Shown in pieces: positions 37,518 through 39,799 of a stretch of 39,799 nt of DNA (the first letter of the stretch is position 1; every line of letters starts with the position of its first letter). The stretch covers positions 1 through 39,799 of the forward strand of contig CAWLAJ010000003.1 of assembly GCA_963854795.1 (NCBI GenBank), in the 5' to 3' direction. Both the position numbers and the translations under genes were made by a program. The notes under the pieces were generated by a model. That model made no database searches, was not told the origin of the DNA, and was given only the letters and a program-made list of their open reading frames with translations. This stretch comes from Deltaproteobacteria bacterium UBA4427. Its GTDB lineage: Bacteria > Myxococcota_A > UBA9160 > UBA4427.

Positions 37518-38018
37518 GCCCCGAAATACCCGACGAAAACCCGGCCCTCGAGGTCGACCGGTATTCCTGGCCTAGCCTCGACGTCGACCCCGTAGAGAAA
37601 AATGCGAGCACTCGCCGCGAATCTGCCTCACGTCGCCATCGATGAAGCCGTCTTCGATGCCCCTTTCGATCGGTTCTGGAGTTTTATCGAGGATTTCGAA
37701 TCGAATACCGCGCGGATCGAAGGCAGTGTCAGCCAGCTCAAGATTCTAGAACGAAATGGGGATCGCCTTCGCCTGAATGTCCGCTCGCCGATCGGAGTCT
37801 GGCACGAATTCGGAGTCGTCTTGCGTCCGGGCTTCTGTGTCATGCAAGGTCGATTCGGTCAGGTCGGGATGGCCGCGCGCCCGGAAAGTGAAACACAAAC
37901 CCGCCACTTCCACTTCGAAGGGGCGCGTTTGCTGGGTCCCTTCGCCCGACCCTTCTTCGCCTGGAATATCCGACAAGATTTCCGGCGAATCCGCTCGCTG
38001 CTATCCGATCCGGACTAA
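37514..38018 (+). pseudogene. SRPBCC/START-like protein, apparently frameshifted near its N-terminus
   Basis: ATGA-coupled start at 37514 (MSPEIP..WPSLDVDPVEK) is out of frame by one base, at an A5 run (37598-37602), with MRALAANLP..APFDRFWSFIEDFE..VVLRPGFCVMQ..GMAARPE. The downstream 138-aa ORF could still be expressed alone. Confidence 0.6.
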
Positions 38019-38041
38019 CATCGCCGGCGTCGAGCAGACGA

Positions 38042-39556
38042 CTAGCCGAGAAAGAGCCCGGCCGCCGGATTCTCGCTCTCCTCGACCCACGGATAACCGA
38101 GCTCTTCGAGAAAGCGTTCGAATTCATCACGATCCGAATCTGAGATCTCGAGCCCCGCCAAGACGCGACCAAAGGCGGCACCATGATTTCTGTAGTGGAA
38201 GAGGCTGATGTTCCAACGCCCGCCCACGGCCTCGAGAAAACGAACGAGCGCCCCGGGTCGCTCCGGAAATTCGAAGCGAAAGAGTCGCTCATCCGGCATC
38301 GAAGCCCGCCCGCCGACCATGAAACGTACATGCAATTTCGCCATCTCGTTTTCGGTCATGTCGACGACTTCGAAATGCGCCTGCCGCAGCCGATCCATCA
38401 CGCTCTCTCGCTCGGAGCGACGGCCCGACAACCCCACACCCACGAAGACATGCGCTTCGTCGGACCCTCCGTAGCGGTAGTTGAACTCCGTCACCGAATG
38501 ATCACCGAGCGCCTGGCAGAGTGATCGAAACGCGCCGGGCCGCTCGGGAATCGTCACCGCGAGCAGCGCTTCTCGCTGCTCCCCGATCGCCGCACGCTCG
38601 GCGACATGCCGGAGCGAATCGAAATTCATGTTCGCGCCGCTGTCGATTGCGACGAGGGTCGCCCCGCGAATCTCGCCCGAAAGGACCCAGCGTTTCAGAC
38701 CCGCGATCGAGAGCGCACCCGCCGGCTCGGCGATCGACCGGGTGTCGTCGAAGACATCTCGAATCGCTGCACAGATTTCGTCGATGCCCACCGTGACGAC
38801 CTCGTCCACGAGGTCGCGCACGATCTCGAAAGGCTTGGCTCCGATCTGGCGAACCGCGACGCCATCGGCAAAGAGGCCGACCGGTCCAACGTCGACACAG
38901 TCTCCCGCCGCGAGCGCCGCCGCGAGACACGCCGCATCGGCCGGTTCGACTCCTATCACGCGAGTCTGGGGCGAGACACGACGGACATAGGCGGCGATTC
39001 CAGCGATCAATCCGCCGCCGCCGACGGGCACGAAGATCGCGTCGATGGTTTCCGGATGCTGGCGCAATATTTCGACGGCCACCGTCCCCTGACCCGCGAT
39101 CACGTCGAGGTCGTCATAGGCATGAATGAAGACCCGGCCCTCCTCTTCGCGGATCCGATTCGCGAGCGTCGCGGCCTCATCGTAGGTATCGCCCTCGAGA
39201 AGCGCCTCGCCACCGAATCGTCGTACCGCATCGACCTTGATCCCGGGCGTCGTTCGCGGCATCACGATTCGCGAATGCACACCGAGCTTCGTCGCCGCCA
39301 TCGCCACACCCTGCGCGTGGTTCCCCGCCGATGCCGCAACGACGCCGGCTTTGCGCTCGACCGCGTCCAGCCCGCTGATTCGGTTGTAGGCGCCGCGAAT
39401 CTTGAAGGAAAACACCGGCTGCAAGTCTTCGCGCTTGATCAAGACTCGATTCCCGAGCTGGGCGCTCAAGAGCTTTGCCTCGTCGAGCGGAGTTTCGACA
39501 GCGACGTCGTAGACGGGCGCGCGCAGGATTCTCTCGAGCAGGTCTTCGCTAGCCAT
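38042..39556 (-). CDS. ilvA: Threonine ammonia-lyase, biosynthetic
   Basis: VYDVAVETPL, KREDLQPVFSFKIRGAYN, ASAGNHAQG, PVGGGGL, FADGVAV, two ACT-like domains (IPERPGAF; FEFPERPGAL, WNISLFHYRNHGA). Confidence 0.97.
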   Translation of the reverse strand: MASEDLLERILRAPVYDVAVETPLDEAKLLSAQLGNRVLIKREDLQPVFSFKIRGAYNRISGLDAVERKAGVVAASAGNHAQGVAMAATKLGVHSRIVMPRTTPGIKVDAVRRFGGEALLEGDTYDEAATLANRIREEEGRVFIHAYDDLDVIAGQGTVAVEILRQHPETIDAIFVPVGGGGLIAGIAAYVRRVSPQTRVIGVEPADAACLAAALAAGDCVDVGPVGLFADGVAVRQIGAKPFEIVRDLVDEVVTVGIDEICAAIRDVFDDTRSIAEPAGALSIAGLKRWVLSGEIRGATLVAIDSGANMNFDSLRHVAERAAIGEQREALLAVTIPERPGAFRSLCQALGDHSVTEFNYRYGGSDEAHVFVGVGLSGRRSERESVMDRLRQAHFEVVDMTENEMAKLHVRFMVGGRASMPDERLFRFEFPERPGALVRFLEAVGGRWNISLFHYRNHGAAFGRVLAGLEISDSDRDEFERFLEELGYPWVEESENPAAGLFLG

Positions 39557-39797
39557 CAGCCCTTCCTCCCCCGCCCCGCCGGTCTTCGCTCGCGTTCCGC
39601 GAGACATTGAAGGCCGTCGCCGCCGCCACGGCTGCCGTCTCGATCCGCATGTTATGCGGGCCGAAGGACACCGCCCCAGCCTCGGCCCGGTCGAGTGTCT
39701 TTCGCTCAGGTTCGCTGAAACCGGCTTCCGGTCCCACGAGAACCAGAGCGATCTCGGGTGGAAGCACCGATGCCTCACCTTCGAGCTCGCCGAAAGC
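39549..39797 (-). CDS. rsmE: 16S rRNA m3U1498 methyltransferase, C-terminal part; runs off window end
   Basis: VGPEAGFS..E and SFGPHNMRIETAAVAA match the RsmE motifs GPEGG and LG..ILR.ETA. Confidence 0.85.
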   Translation of the reverse strand, partial: AFGELEGEASVLPPEIALVLVGPEAGFSEPERKTLDRAEAGAVSFGPHNMRIETAAVAAATAFNVSRNASEDRRGGGGRADG

Positions 39798-39799
39798 AA

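Noticed and set aside
1-39799. Genome-wide UGA reassignment (genetic code 4/25)
   Set aside because: Many intact genes end in TGA at the expected family C-terminus, several with ATGA/GTGA/TTGA coupling to the next gene.
1-39799. CRISPR arrays, IS elements, tRNA (including tRNA-Sec) or prophage genes
   Set aside because: No spaced direct repeats, transposase/integrase motifs or cloverleaf structures were seen; frequent TCGA/GATC words look like genome-wide composition rather than a repeat family.

Overview
GC-rich bacterial chromosomal window with about 38 genes and no RNA genes, CRISPR arrays or mobile elements that I can recognise. Gene content (bactofilin, IleRS type 2, GSII with a sigma-54 promoter, many actinobacterial-like lipid/steroid catabolic enzymes) is reminiscent of uncultured marine Myxococcota/Deltaproteobacteria-like heterotrophs; this is inference only. 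In order: a MacAB-like ABC exporter, acyl-CoA/amide catabolic genes, a GLYK-type glycerate kinase, TetR, bactofilin, a single-chain acyl-CoA carboxylase, glnII with a -24/-12 promoter and tandem NtrC-like sites, an oxidoreductase-rich cluster, ileS, a decayed segment (glycosyltransferase remnants, a broken ECF sigma/SRPBCC pair), ilvA and partial rsmE. The best hidden signal is an AhpD/CMD-like gene (21186-21761) that the ORF track splits in two. It is really one reading frame with an in-frame UGA in a CxxU motif, followed 11 nt later by a 17-nt hairpin with a GU-containing loop. This is a probable selenoprotein with a bacterial SECIS, apparently co-transcribed with an uncharacterised membrane protein.
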